Under the pieces are notes generated by a model that saw only the letters and a list, made by a program, of their open reading frames with translations, was not told where the DNA came from and searched no databases. A stretch of 64,000 bases of DNA, taken from assembly GCA_951406725.2 (NCBI GenBank), contig OX597815.1, positions 136,710,001-136,774,000 on the forward strand. The letters run 5' to 3'. This DNA is from Octopus vulgaris (lineage: Eukaryota). The position numbers and the translations under genes were made by a program. Below, one piece after another: positions 28,777 to 44,420 of the stretch (within the stretch, counting starts at the first letter, position 1; the number at the start of each line of letters is the position of its first letter).

Positions 28777-29035
28777 CCTTATTATTAAAGCTGCGAAAAC
28801 ATCGCAAACATGTCACAAAAAATTGCTACTCCGAGTCTCACTTCCCCGTTCATTGGGCGGTGAGAATGGATTCCATTCTGGATCACAACTGCCCGATGAG
28901 CGGGCACGTGAGACTCTGAGTAGCAGTTTTCTGTAACTTTTTTGTGATGTTTTGGCAGTTTTAATAATAAGGCATATTACTCTACCTGCTGTTATCCAGT
29001 ACTATTGTTTCCATCTTGTTTCACACTTATATACT
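28777..29035. mobile_element. Fold-back element with HHR-like motif in both arms
   Basis: 28777-28860 is inverted relative to 28889-28972. Right arm: aactgc-CCGATGA-gcgggcacgt-GAGA-ctctgag-TA-gcagtt (28887-28928). Apex mini-palindrome agaatggattccattct. Confidence 0.75.
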
Positions 29036-29036
29036 G

Positions 29037-29074
<38 letters not shown>

Positions 29075-29123
29075 GCGTGTGTGTGTGTGTGTATTCATAT
29101 ACATATATATGTACAGATGCATG

Positions 29124-29208
<85 letters not shown>

Positions 29209-29329
29209 TCACACAAACGCACACATAGACATATGCTGTGTGAGACTGATAAATCTGCACATCTGCATTATGTCATTTGAATTGAACACTTTTAAGAATA
29301 TTTTCTATATACTTTGTGTGTATGTGTTA

Positions 29330-29373
<44 letters not shown>

Positions 29374-29536
29374 AGATGGATCTATTCAGTCAGTCATACA
29401 GACAGACAAACCAGCAAGCAGACTGACAGACAGATACACAGGCAGATTGATAGATGGATGGATGGTTAGAAGGCAGGCAGATAGATCGACAGACACACAG
29501 ACAGACTGAATAACAGACAGACACAGAGAGAGAGAG

Positions 29537-29632
<96 letters not shown>

Positions 29633-31944
29633 CTTGGCAAGATGTAACAAAACACGAAACGATACGAAGCAAAACTCTTAAACACAAATTGTTAGATTCA
29701 AAGAAATTTGTCATTAACTTGTACTACTTCCTCAAACTTAACATTGGAACTCCAGGTCTAGTCTATTCTCGTTTATTTAAGCTAGCATAACCACTTCGCT
29801 GTATAACTGTTCATCATTAATTGACAATAAAATAATCCTGTTTAAAGCATAGCCGGACGTTCATGAAAATGTGTATAAGCCATTTTCCCGCTGACATCTA
29901 GAAAATTGGTATTATATCGTAACAACTAACATGAATTACGAACAATATACCCCACAAAAGCGAAGGTATCTCATTATCATCACTGCTAATTTCAAATAAC
30001 AGCAATGACTGATAGCATGATGCCTTAAATATGAAAATACTCAAAACGACCAACTATTTCCATCTTTATAGTTCTGCTTCCAGTGATCAAATTTTTTAAG
30101 CACGACTTAATTCTATCTCTTCTGCATCAGTAAAGATGGAGAGGGTCATCAGCAACACCTGAAAAAGAAATCTACCATCTCATCAACTACAAAACCCCCA
30201 AATTACGAAACTGAATTAAACGTCTATGCATTGCACGGCCTACAAGATGTCTGAGTTCCAAACTGACAGTTGAATCAAACACCAAGGTGCATACACAATT
30301 TCCATACTTGTGCAAAACTGCTAGATGTACAATTACTCTATAGGTCGCTGTCTTTCATGTAAAACCGCGATAATACCTGTTTATACACAAAAAAGAATTC
30401 AACCGGAACAGCATACCAGTTGTTTCACCGGCATATCTAACTGTCTGTAACCAAGCAAACATGCTTGATCTCGGGAAACTAATCCATAAAGATACACAGT
30501 TGTATCTTAATCCAAATGATAGCAATTCCAGTAATCCTCATTTATAGCAATATTCCTAAAGCAATTGAAACAGTTACAAATGTTCACCATCTTCTTACAT
30601 CAATAAATGTCACACTGCTACTTCTTCAATACTGTTATAGTTTCCGCAGATCTCCCAGGAATTGCACTCCAAACTCACAAACGGTAATGCGTCTTCTTCA
30701 AATGTTCGGTGGCTGCATTGATTTTGTCCCTTTGCTAAGCCTTCTAATCTACTTGCCACCCATATGCTCCACTTGTATTTAACATATTCGAATTGAAGTT
30801 TAATATGTCAGGCCGCCCTATTTTAGCGCACACTAGGTTATTCCCATCTGTGATGTACAATCAGTTATTTCAAGTGTTCCCGAAGTTGCATTAGGTCTTG
30901 CGGACTCTTCATGTATATTAATCATCAGTTTGTGGTTAATATTATACGCAGGTTATAGCAAATTATATGCAAATAATACCATTTGATTTTAAATACTTTC
31001 ATAAAACAATACAACGAAAAAATATTTCAATAGGGATTGGGCGACCTAATATTTTCCAGATTAATATACATATCAATCAGTTAGTAACGTTTACAAACCA
31101 AGGTGAGAAAACCATAAAAGAATTGATCATATATTCTGCCTGTTTTTGTTGTATAGTACGAATACACTCAAAATCGAGTTCAAGAGAAGTAATTTCCGAC
31201 CATTACAAAGAATCACTAATCGCCTGTCAGTAACTGAGAGAGCGGTTTAGGCGCTCTCTCATCTTTCTTCCTCTTATACTGATACTTCAACTACTTCTAA
31301 TCCTCAGAATTCTAAATCTAGGGTAAATGTCTGCATTCATGTCTATTGGCCTTAGCGCGAGTGAACATTTTTGATGCGACTGACCTATTGCTCTTCAGAG
31401 CACTGAACAAATTTGTATCAATTTGAAATTTTTTCCATACTGCTCATTTCTCAACAAACAGATGTGAAGCATTAACCACGTAAGTTCTACCAGTATAGAG
31501 CAATATCTGTGTGCAGTAATGAATACTGTTTTTCCTGGATCATTAATTTCAGAACACGAATGAGGTTTACTGTAGGATTATCAGTCTGTTTCCAGTTACA
31601 ACGGTGCTCTGAATTCAGTGTGTACGAACAAACCCTGCTTTTCAAGTGACATTGTTTTAGTGAAAGCATTAAAATTGCTGACAATAGAAAGAGATTTTTG
31701 CATAAGTTTATTATTTTAAATCTAGAACATTTTGGTCTTGAACACTGGCTTACGATACGCCTTGGGAAGTTCACTTCTCTCTCACAAAATTACAAGTCTT
31801 TAAAAATGCTTGTATCCCTCACCGAATTACAATCCAGCCAATTCATATATGATCAAACTATTTTGAAAGATTTATGACATTATATTGAATCTTTATAATC
31901 TAAACCGCTATAGATTTCAATATTGCAGAATTTCCTTAACCTAC

Positions 31945-33070
31945 CAGGGTTGAGTCAAATTTTTTCGTATATCAAGCTTTAATTAAGAGTACAAACAAAT
32001 TACATGCGAAAAGCATTAATTCATCAAAATATACCCCATCAAATTCTATTGTCTATTGCCATCCTTATGCCAGAAGTTTAATTCTATGCTTATAAATTTT
32101 GGCTCGTTTAAAGACAAATACCCCCTGCGCATGTTTCAATCCCATCCATCTTGTCGAACCTCCGTCCGGACAATAAATGATAAGTCATATGCTTGGAAAG
32201 GATGGTAATCTGAGGATTCAAAGTCTGGACTGTAGGCAGGGTGAGACAGAATCTCAAGTTCCTCAAGTTTCGGCTGGTTATATTGGTAGTGTGTGCTAGG
32301 GCACTGTCATGCCGTAGGAGTGCACGCCTTCGATTGACAAATGTAGGGTAACGCCCTTTCAGAGCATCACATCCGCGCTGCAGTTGTTAAGCTTAAAGCA
32401 TGAACATCTGGGAGAAGCTCAAAGACCAACACACCTTCACCATTCCAACAAAATCACATGACATTCTGTTCAAACTGCAGAAACAACAGTTTCTGAAGCC
32501 TGGCAGGAACGAAACCACTGATTTCTCTTTTGAGGATCATGAAAATTGGTTCATTGTTCATCACCAGTAACCATTCGACACCAGAACTGGGCATCTTGTC
32601 AGCAGTTTGCAAATGTCCACACATCGCTGAGTTTGATTATTGGTCAGTTGATGAGGAGCTTCTCGACAGCGTCTGATCCCAAAGATGAGCTTATGGAGGG
32701 TCTAGCGATGGTGCTTGCCGAAGGACAAAAGTCTGTGCTTCATCTTCCTTCGCTTTGGTTTGTCTTCCAGATTGGTGTTACCTTCCTCGAAACGTTTGAA
32801 CCAGTTTTGCGTTATACATTCCTTGACTGTTCTTGAGCCTTCCTCATAATTATTTTCTTTTGTTGCTGCCCTGCCACTCAGGCCATTTTCATTATCAAAG
32901 TCATAAAATAAAGAATAAATAATTGATCATTATATGTTATACATGAAAATAAAGAATAAACAATCCAGTAATTATTATAGAACAAGTCGTATCTATTAAT
33001 GATGTAACATGGAGATACAAGTTGCCAAAACTCATCAGTGAAAATCCGAAAAAATATTTTGATCCAACGA
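31945..33070 (-). mobile_element. Decayed mariner transposon
   Basis: Minus-strand motifs MVTGDEQ, LLRHDSALAH and HPAYSPDFESSDYHPF; many stops and frameshifts; ends approximate. Confidence 0.75.
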
Positions 33071-33739
33071 TTATTAATTAGATGATGGGAACAGGAAACG
33101 ATTCAGTAGAAAACGGAAGTTGACATTATCTATTTGGACTTAAGCAACTCATTTTTAAAAAAATAGGATCTTAGTAGTAACTACTGTAGTTTGCATAAAA
33201 ATCGGCATATCAGCACATTCAACGACTATGAACATGGTGGTACAATCAAGCTCGGTGAAATTCATGGGCGACTTTTGTTAAGGACATATTCATGGTGCCA
33301 CACATTGCCCTGGCTAAATCGTTGTTCAGGTTTGTCGATCATTCTCAGTTATCGAAGCAAAATTTTCATCTCTCTTTGCTCTTCATTGAAGAAAATATAA
33401 CTGCAAGTGAGAATATGACTGCCAACTGGATCAGAATCCCAATAATCCATCGATATCCACCCAATATATGTCTTATAAAATTCAACGTTGGACGATATGG
33501 TATAGTCAAATTTAAACAGTCACAGCTACACATTTTTTCAGACCTCCAAGTGATAAACGAGATAGTCAAAATATTTGGCATTAGAAACTGACTGAAAGGA
33601 GAAAAATATATTTCAGATCGGCATTCACTATTTTCTGCCGTATTATTGAAATGTAAATAAGATTTACAAAAATAAAAGAAAAAGAAGTAATACGAAAAAG
33701 AGAAACAGTTTTATCAATAATGATATAAATAAATATTGG

Positions 33740-34266
33740 TTTCAAATGGCTCAGTACAATTTAATATATAAGTCGATTATATCGACTACGAAAATATGAA
33801 AGGCTTTTGAACTCAGAACGAAAAGTCAGACGAAATGCTACTAAGCATTTTGCTTGGCGTGATAATTTCTGTGACAGCTCGCCGCCAAAATCTTCTAAAT
33901 AAATATTCATTTCTACTCTAGGCACAAGGCCCGAAATTTTGGGGGAGGGGCCAGTCGATTTGATCGACCCCAGTAAGCAACTGGTACTTAATCTATCGAC
34001 TCTGAAAGGATGAAAGGCAAAGTCCACCTCGGCGGAATTTGAAACCAGAATGTAAAGACAGACGAAATACCGCTAAGCATTTCGCCCGGCGTGCTAACGT
34101 TTCTGCCGGATCACTGCCTTCTTCTAAATATATATTAGTTTCAAATTTTGGCACTTACTTATTTTATCTACTTCGAAAGGAACTTGAACTTACAACGTAA
34201 AGGGCGGACGAAACACGGCAACGCATTTTACTCGGCCTGGTAACGATTCTATTAGCTCGCCGCCAT
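33740..34266 (-). mobile_element. Three tandem family-2 SINE copies
   Basis: Repeated ...gaactcagaacg...gacgaaat...aagcattt...gctcgccgcca units ending at ~33886, 34120 and 34266. Confidence 0.8.
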
Positions 34267-34861
34267 AATCTTATAAAATAATATTAAAAAATGGCGACTA
34301 GAAAAGTAACTTATTGATTGCGATATGGCCGTGATGATCACAACTACAGCGGCGACGTTGATCATAAGGCTGATGATGCTGAAGGTGCAGATGTTAAAAA
34401 TGATATTGATAATGATGACGACGATGGTGACGATGCCAATGGTTATGACAGGGAGGAGGCGGAAAAGAAGAACAGGAGAAATGAGTAGTTATGAAAAAAA
34501 CAAGGACACTGAAATTGAAACTGATGTGAAGAGTGGCGACGTTGTTGTGGAATCAGGCGCAGTTAAGTAAGTAGTGGTGGATATTGACATTGAAGAGGAT
34601 GCGGGTGATCAGAACTATTTTAATGCTGAAAATGGTATGTTGTTACTTATTTCTTTTTAATCTCTGCACCATTGCTCCTCCTCTCCACGTTTACACAGTT
34701 ATAATCTCTCTCTCTCTCTTCACATTACTATTATTATTATTTTCACTTTGTAATATAATTAACACTAACCCGAAGATGGATTTCACTTCACACTTTCTAA
34801 CAGATATTAAACAATGTATAGATGATGCTAATAGAGACCACACAGAAAATTGTAAATTATA

Positions 34862-34921
<60 letters not shown>

Positions 34922-35028
34922 GATACATACCTACCTACCTACATACATACATACATATGTACATACATATGTACATACATAGACAGAGAGCCAAACAGAC
35001 TAACAGATAGACGTACGGAGAGACATGC

Positions 35029-35115
<87 letters not shown>

Positions 35116-35126
35116 CAGACAGACAT

Positions 35127-35207
<81 letters not shown>

Positions 35208-35990
35208 CATATAGATAGATAGATAAAAACTGGAACACAATGACAAACGAAATACGTTAATGCATTGTCATATATACGTCTGTCATAACGATCAAGCTAT
35301 TGATTAATTATGAGGACTGTAATGCTAAACAGGAAGAAGCAACGTATTGCTGGTACTTGTTTTGTTGACTCATCACAGTTGCCTTTATTCATTTCTATAT
35401 ATGCATGGTGGTGGTGGTGGTGGTGGTGGTGATGGCTGATTGTAAAACATTATTTAAACACAACGATTTGATTACTAGATATATATTTTTTTATCATGTA
35501 TATATGAAATATACACAAATTTCTGTGAACAATAATATCCTTGGCTATCCATAATCTCTTCAATTCAGTTCTTGCGATATTCAAAGAAGCAAATTCTGAA
35601 ATAATGCATTGGTGTCTTAAGAGTGTTAACTCTTCTCGACGACCAAGCATTTCTTTGTTTGGTGTTTGTATATGCTGTATATATTTTGTAGCTAGCCTCC
35701 AAATATTTTAAACCCTAGCTTTTTGGGGCCTAACGCAACTAAGGGCTCCAATTTCGGGCCGGTGGATTAGTTCATTAATTCGATCCCAGCATGTTAGCGA
35801 TTCTGCCAGTTCGTTAACATAGCAATGATTAAAATATTGACGTTATTTAGTATTCGTGTAAACGAACGAAATAATCTTCCAAACATTGGTTATACACATA
35901 CAAAGAGAGTTTCCATACATTTCCATAAATTCCATGCCATACATACTAGAACAAAGAGACAGACACACTCACGCACACATACACACATGC

Positions 35991-36049
<59 letters not shown>

Positions 36050-36152
36050 CATACATATATACATACATACATACATACAAACATACATACATACATTCAT
36101 ACGTACGTACATACATACATACATGCTTGCATGCATAAACATGCATAAACAC

Positions 36153-36191
<39 letters not shown>

Positions 36192-36354
36192 TTTACATTC
36201 ACCCGATATCAAAACCTAGTTAATGAACGATATGTTACATGTTTCATAAGGTAAGTAGTATTTTTTTTTTGTTTGTGATGTCAGTTCATTATTCTGAATC
36301 ATATCCTGAGTAGGACCATACTAAAATTTCACACAGTAATATATATATTCCAAC

Positions 36355-36682
36355 ATCACCATCAAAATACAGGTCCAGATACTGCAACAGCTTGGGTTTC
36401 AGAGGACCACAGCTTTTCAACATCCTCCCTAAATGCCTGAGAGACTTACATGGTGTGGATGTGGGTTTCTTTAAAACTAAACTGGATCTCTTCTTGTTGG
36501 GAGTCCCAGATGAACCTACCTCACGACAGGAGACACGGATGCGGGCAGCAGCATCGAACTCCCTTGTTGATCAAGTGCCACGTATCAGAGGTGGATTCAC
36601 AAACTAGTGTGGCTCATTCAGCGGTGGTGCCCCAGCATGGCCGCGGCCTTCGGGCTAAAACATTTTTAAGGATTTAAGGATT
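36355..36682 (+). mobile_element. CR1 LINE 3' end with (TTAAGGAT)n tail
   Basis: RYCNSLGFRGPQLFNILPKCLRDL...FKTKLDLFL..VPDEP, then a short tandem tail abutting (TA)n. Confidence 0.8.
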
Positions 36683-36712
36683 TATATATATATATATGTA
36701 TACATTTATACA

Positions 36713-36780
<68 letters not shown>

Positions 36781-36946
36781 TATACACACACACACTCACA
36801 TCGGCAACGTTCGTCTCATCCTTGAAAATGGGGTCATAACACCCGAAATATTTAATGTCAACATTAATTCACATATTTGCTTTTTTGTGATTTACCATGC
36901 TTTTACTTCGCATTGTTTTGGCCCTTCCCACCATCCTTTATACAAT

Positions 36947-37038
<92 letters not shown>

Positions 37039-37718
37039 CAAGCTTAAATGTTAAATTTAATCAACTATTTCCCAAACCATTTCTATAGGACGTATAAATA
37101 TAATTGCCATTTAACATTCAAAACATATGTTTGAAATCATGGGAAACAACTGGTTTATTCATTATCAATTATTTGCATCAAAGGTTTCTTTTTTTATATA
37201 TCATAAATATCAATAACACTATCATAACTATAAAAAGGAAAATTACAAGAGATGATTTGTTAACAAATATTTCTAAATATAATATCGATACATACATAAC
37301 TATACATAAATTTGAATACGACGTCTGAAATGCAGATTCACAGCCATACGTTTCCAAATCTTCATGCTCTTATCGTTTGTGCATATACACACATACATAT
37401 GCAAATGTATTTGTATACAAATATATTTATATACATCTGGATATAAAATTCGTGTCATTATATTATTTTGTGTCATTATGTTACACGTATAATTATGTTG
37501 CACGTATAATTTTCACTTTGTTACTTAAATTAAGTATAACGATTGGTCTTCACTGGAGCCAGTATTAGTCATAAAATTTTTTAATCTTGGATTCAAAAGT
37601 AATTGAATTTGATCTAATTGTTGTTAACGTTAATAGTTAAAGTGAAAACAACATTCTATATCAGGAGATAAAGAAGTTTTGCTCACTTCAACATTTTTCT
37701 TTTTGTTTTGTGTATATA

Positions 37719-37764
<46 letters not shown>

Positions 37765-37820
37765 CATACATAAATATATGTATACATATAAATATATATA
37801 TATGTATATATATATATATA

Positions 37821-37954
<134 letters not shown>

Positions 37955-37967
37955 GTATATATATATG

Positions 37968-37999
<32 letters not shown>

Positions 38000-38066
38000 G
38001 ACATGGTCTGGCCAATAATAAACCTATCAAAGTATCAAAGTATCAAAGTATATATGTATATATATG

Positions 38067-38100
<34 letters not shown>

Positions 38101-38106
38101 AATATA

Positions 38107-38175
<69 letters not shown>

Positions 38176-38177
38176 TA

Positions 38178-38220
<43 letters not shown>

Positions 38221-38248
38221 GTATATATATATACATATATATATACAC

Positions 38249-38285
<37 letters not shown>

Positions 38286-39524
38286 TAGAGAGAGATTTAC
38301 GTTTATGTAATATAATATATTTGTACCCATTGATTAATTACTTGTTTATTACATTTATATTGCTAATTTTATATCTCTCTTTTTCATTTTATACAGCAAT
38401 ATGATAAAAAAAAATCAAAGGATTTTCTTATTTTATCATATCATGTTCTAGTCTTTGTGTCCTATTCATACAAGTTTTTGATCTTTACATCAAATAAATC
38501 ATTACTGTTTTGAGGATTGTTTGGTGTGTTTTTCGTTCGTTCATCTTTCTTTTTGTGTGCGGTGGGCTCTATTCAGAAAGAAGTATTTTTGCCAGCTGAC
38601 TCTTATTTTGAAATGCTTTCTAAATCCACATCAATTTGTCTGATAATGAATTTGTGTAACGTTCTCTATGCTTTTAATAGTCAAAATTTGTTACTTAGTT
38701 ATTTTATACAAGTGTTTGAATAATTCAAACGACACTATTAGGATTTCTACATCAACTTTTTTTTTCTCTTTTCTTAAGAAATATTCTAATTTTGTCTTTT
38801 TCTTATTTCCTCATACTCAATATATTTTCAATACACTTTAATATTTCATAAGCGAAAGAAAATTTTAAATAATGTTTATGTTCTCAATGTTTTGTAAGCT
38901 ATAATATTTTCAGTGTTAACTTCAAGAAGTTTTCTATAAGTTTTAATTGAGAATCACTGTCACTCTCGAAATGTTACGTGTGCATATAATGTGTTATTTG
39001 TATGAACAAAATCTAAATCACTTTAGGAACTTCGAACATATATTTAGGATAAGAATGATTATTGTATTTTCTCATTTACATCTTAAGTATTTAATTCTGT
39101 ATTCAAATGTGAGTTTTAAAAAAAGGATTTTAAAATCATCATTTTTTTAGCATTTTCCTTTCGGATATTGTTTAGCTGAAGAATTAGTAAATACTATTAT
39201 TTTTTGGAAAGTACAGTTTCACCTGTGTTTGTTTCTTAGATATGCTATTTACACTACTGTCTTTAAAACATTTCTCTGAACTCCCACTGAAATTTTCATA
39301 TACAATCGTGCAACACATGTTACTCTCAAAATGATTCTGGTGCGTATAATAACCCTAGTTTCATAAGAATAAATCTGTCACTTCGTTTACGTTAAAATCA
39401 TATTGGGAAAAGGCATCAATGCTATAAATTCCCATTTATATATTTTGTGTTCTTACTAATACAACAGTATCATGCTTTTGCTAGAGAAAGAATATATAGG
39501 TGCTTGTGGGTGCGTGAATATATG

Positions 39525-39638
<114 letters not shown>

Positions 39639-39639
39639 G

Positions 39640-39718
<79 letters not shown>

Positions 39719-40570
39719 CACACATACATATATATACATATTCATACATATATATACATATTCATACATATATATATGTATGAATATGTATATATACTCA
39801 CCTATGTGTGTAAGTGTCGGTATGCATGACTATCGTACAGGCATATATATATGCTGCCAATATTAAAATGGTTACTCTCGAAATGCTCGATAATGCGTGT
39901 AAATATTCGGAATGCATATTTTGGTCACTATATTTGTTACCTGTTACTCTGAAACAATCATGCCACCTACGTTGGCTTTTGTTGAACCGTACAAACTTTG
40001 TTACTCTCTAGTGCTTGTGGTGTGCATAAAATACGAGTTCTGTTGAATTCAAAATGAAATACATAAAACAAAGAATATTCATATATGAAATTAATGAAAA
40101 AAATGGAATTAACATAATGCAAACTCAAAGAAATACAGTTTAAAAGACTTCCACCCTGACGTGTGAAAACCGTTTTGTCGAAATGTATAATCATCGACAG
40201 AGAAGTGTGTAAGTATACGATTATTAATAATTTATTTCTCCTCGATTACATGATTGAAAAAGTGGATATTCCTCATTCGCATTGTATAATCAAATTGATT
40301 TCGTAGCTTGAAAAACCTGAAAAGATGCTGCAGGCAAAGTGTGTAATCTTGAATAAACCTTATAGTGAAGAATGTGTGCCAATCTAAACTAGGCACTCAG
40401 TCTTGGTGCTGTTATATTGATACTATAAATATTATATATTCTGTTTAAGGTAATCCAGAACGTTTAATTTTGAATTGTTTGCATGTTTGAATGTTAGATC
40501 TCAACAAGAATCGTATGGGTTCACTAAAATTAATTAGCGCTGAGACAATTAAGAGAGAATATATAATATA

Positions 40571-41110
40571 TTGGGTTGTCCGGACAGTTCGTGCTGATTT
40601 TTAAAGGAATGAAAAAGGTCAATAAATACTCGCCATTACATTTTAATCAACCAAATATGAACCATGTTGTTGCACAATGCGTCTCCATCTTACCTTTAAC
40701 TTGAAAATACTCTCTTCCCAGAATTGAGGTGGTTTCATGGCAAATAATTCCTCAATGTATCTTTTTAAGTCATCCAAGGAATTGAAAGTTTTACCATTAA
40801 GACTATGGAAATCCGAAGGAGTAATATCTGGGGAACATGGAGGGTGGGGTAACATCCCAGCTGAGCTGCAGCAATTTTCATCTGGTTCCCAAAGCATCAA
40901 GTGCCGAAAATGAACTTTCTTATCTTCCATTTTAAAGGGTTACAGAATTAACACAGGTTATAGGAACATAAACCTTCTTCCACGAAAAGATAGCTTAAAC
41001 TGTGCTATAAATGGAGGTGTAGTAAAATCCTATTTAATGGACTCAGTCATGTTCTAATTTAAGTCGAAAGGTAAGCTAATAAATCGGCACAAACATTTCG
41101 GACAACCCAA
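40571..41110 (-). mobile_element. Internally deleted mariner (MITE-like) with TIRs and TA TSD
   Basis: ta|ttgggttgtccgg...tcggacaacccaa|ta. The ORF fuses N-terminal MEDKKVHFRHLMLWE to C-terminal HPPCSPDITPSDFH. Confidence 0.9.
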
Positions 41111-42422
41111 TATAATATATTGGGTGCGCTACAAGTGAAAGTAGTCATTGAGGTTTGATAGAGTCAAAAGAGCATAAAAGAAAATGATTTCTCACTCTAC
41201 CACAAGAGCACAAGTCTATTGAAAAGGTGTAAAGATAATGGAATACAATCACGGAATGGGCCTTATATTCACAAGTTACAAGGAAAGATAAGTTTATTCT
41301 GGTGTGATATTTGAACCTTACAAAGTAGAGCACAAACTTTTTACAGTATGTTTTGTACAGCTTTGAAGCTACTAATAACCGTTAGTTTTCATATTGTCAT
41401 TGAGCTAAATATTTTAAGATTTAGTATAGTATTGAACCGACCAGAATATATTTCATCGAGCCGTAAGAATAAACGGTAAAGTCTGAAGATGTAAAATAAT
41501 ACGATTAAATATCACAAGGTATTTGAGCCGAGGCTCCACCAATTTTGCCTATATATTGTAACTCCAATTTATATTTGTTTCTCGTAAAAGCAAAAAGCCA
41601 ATTTTTGAGGAATCGTTTAGACGATTCCATATACCATACTACTTTGCTGATACTTTATTTTTGCAATCCCGAAAGAATGAAAACCTAAGTTGGTAACATA
41701 AATAATTTAAAATCAGAACAGAAACAAATACACCAAGACAGTTTTTGTGGCTCATTTTAGATTCTGCCCATCAATACATCTTCTTTGCATTAAATAATAA
41801 ATAGTATCAAATTAATCGTTGATGTTGTTTGTACAGTGTGAGTATAGAAACGATAGAATACGGGACTAAAAATCCCGTACTAAGTAATTGAATCTTACAC
41901 ATTCTGAATTCAGCTCCTGACGGATAACTGCTAGCATCGGTGTGCTACAGAATTTGTTGGCTGCCATATTGTCAGATGTCAACAAAATAAATTCAATTCA
42001 TGATTTATTTAGACGAAAGGCCTCATCTGAGGACGGAATGGCTGTGTAACAAATAATAATTGTTATAAATATTGTTGATTTAACACTTTCAACATCCGGC
42101 ATTTTCCCATCACATTATTCTCTTGATTTCACGCACAAAGCATAAGTATATTTTCATCATTCGTTAAGCTATTTTTCGTCCATTCCACAATATTATCATA
42201 GTAAACCAAACATGTATTCCAATAAAATAATTTGTTCTACTGTGTGATGTTAATTCTTTGCATGCAATCTTATGAATGTTCTTTTTAAATAGTAACCTAT
42301 TTTGATTTTAAATTTAAACACACACACGCACACGTCGGCATTTTCTGTATCTCGTGTGGGGTAATGATATGTAGAAGGTTGAAAAGGAACACACGAGTTG
42401 ATATATCTCGGGAAATAATTGT

Positions 42423-44282
42423 CAAGGTAGAAGATGCTAAAATAACTTTATAAAAAACATTTCAGTACCGGTTTCAGTCATAGAGATTTTTTCAACTGTA
42501 AGTATGGAAAGCAATTGAATTTTGGAAAAGTTAAAAGAACAGTTTTTTAACAGAATATTTGCATAGCATTCAAATTCAAGGGGCATTTTCCTTGTTTCTG
42601 CCTGTCTCTGTCTCTCTTGTTTACTCTTGTGGGTTCGAGGTCTTTGTGAATTCTTGGTAGGGAAGAAGAAGAAAAAGAAGGAGGCGAAGGAGAAGGACAT
42701 CCTTATTAAGAAATGTAATGACCTAATAGAAACAAATATATACTGTAAACCCACGGACTCCAAGCAATATCTACCGTTCAACTCATGCCACGCCAGACGC
42801 ATCAGAATGAATATCCTCTTCAACCTAGCAAAAAGGATATGTACTATAGTTTTTAATGCTAACACTAGAGACACAAGACTACATCAAGTAAAGGATACAC
42901 TCATTACCAGGAACTACCCATCTTCACTAAATGACATATGCTTTTAACGTGCCCTTCAACTCAACATCCAGGAACTCAGACATCCCAAATTTAAGAAGGA
43001 TTTACAACCGAAAGCCTTACCATACATCTCCACACACAACCCTCATAAAAAGTAAGAGACAACTCAAATCTATGAGAAGTCTCCTTACACAAGCCCGAAT
43101 ACGCTCAACAACAACACGGTAGCCTTCAGTAAAAAAAATGTGGAAGACTCAACTATGGGATATGCGTCAATTTAATTGAGGGATCAGAGTTCTCCTTCAA
43201 ACAGGGACAACGTTTCAAAGTGGAAAGCAACATCACATATGCTTCGGAGAACCTGATATACGCACTAACCTTCTCTGGATGTCAAGAGCAATACATAGGC
43301 CAAACAAAATGCACTCTACGTAAAATAATGGCTCTGCACAGATCCCCGATCAAAATTCCCCAAAACAGAAAAATAGCATTCAGCCGACACCTCGACATTT
43401 GCACCAATAACAAAAATCAGAATTTTGCCCTCTACCAATTCAGAGACGATATAACCTGTAGCCAACGAATTAATAAAGAGACTCTCTTTATTACAAAATA
43501 CAGACCTCTTTTGAACGCGTCTACAACTAACGACATATTCACCACGGCCTTAGAATAACACAAACACACGCGCAAATATTAAGAATGTTACACTCAAGAG
43601 ATTCCCAACAATTCATTAAAAAAAAGTCCCAATCACTGCTATAATCCATAACGAATCACTTTTAATTCATTTGACCATTTAGCATCTTACTACTATTATG
43701 CTACCTACATTCCTTCTTATTCTCCCTTCTCTTTCTTCTCCTTCTTCCTCTTCGTCTTTTCTCCTCTTCACCACTTCCTTCCTAACTTTACAACTATTGC
43801 TGTTTAGAATGACACCTACGCAAATTTTATAACCAAAACTTTCAAAAGAGACGTGTCAAGAATTCAATCACTACTACCATCCACAACGGATTCACTTCAA
43901 GGGCACTTGACTATTTAACATACTACTCCCGTATTCTTCTTTTTCTTCTGCTTCTTCTTCACCTTCTTCTTCTTCTTCTTCTTCTTCTTCTTCTCCCTCC
44001 TCCTCTTCCTCCTTCTTCTTCTTCTTCTTCTTCTTCTTCTTCCCTACCATGAATTCACAACGACCTCGAACCCACAAGAGTAAAGAAGAGAGACAGAGAC
44101 AGACAGAAGCAAAGAATATGCCGCTTGCATTTGAATACTATGCAAATATTCTTTTAAAAGACTTTTCTGTTAATTTTTCCAAAATTTAATTTTTTTCCAT
44201 ACTTACAATTGAAAAAGTCTCAATGACTGAAACCGGTATTGAAATGTTTTTTTATAAAATTGTTTGGCATCTTCTACCTTGG
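42423..44282 (+). mobile_element. 5'-truncated Penelope-like element (RT thumb + GIY-YIG) with inverted pseudo-LTR, ending at (TA)n
   Basis: TNIYCKPTDSKQYLPFNSCH...RICTIV (from ~42700) and SENLIYALTFSGCQEQYIGQT (from ~43240), frameshifted. 42423-42697 is inverted relative to ~44010-44282. Confidence 0.9.
44206..44241 (+). ncRNA. Hammerhead motif in PLE pLTR (U3-A8 core); mirror copy at 42463-42498 on minus strand
   Basis: caa-TTGAAAA-agtc-tcaat-gact-GAAA-ccgg-TA-ttg; the other arm has stem I cag/ctg. Confidence 0.65.
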
Positions 44283-44299
44283 CCTTTTTTCCATATACA

Positions 44300-44420
<121 letters not shown>

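Noticed and set aside
30000-31900. Possible old coding TE on the minus strand
   Set aside because: No motif could be identified by eye; left unannotated.
34300-34640. Asp-rich reading frame resembling an acidic protein exon
   Set aside because: Interrupted by stops; looks like decayed (GAT)n/(GGT)n low-complexity DNA.
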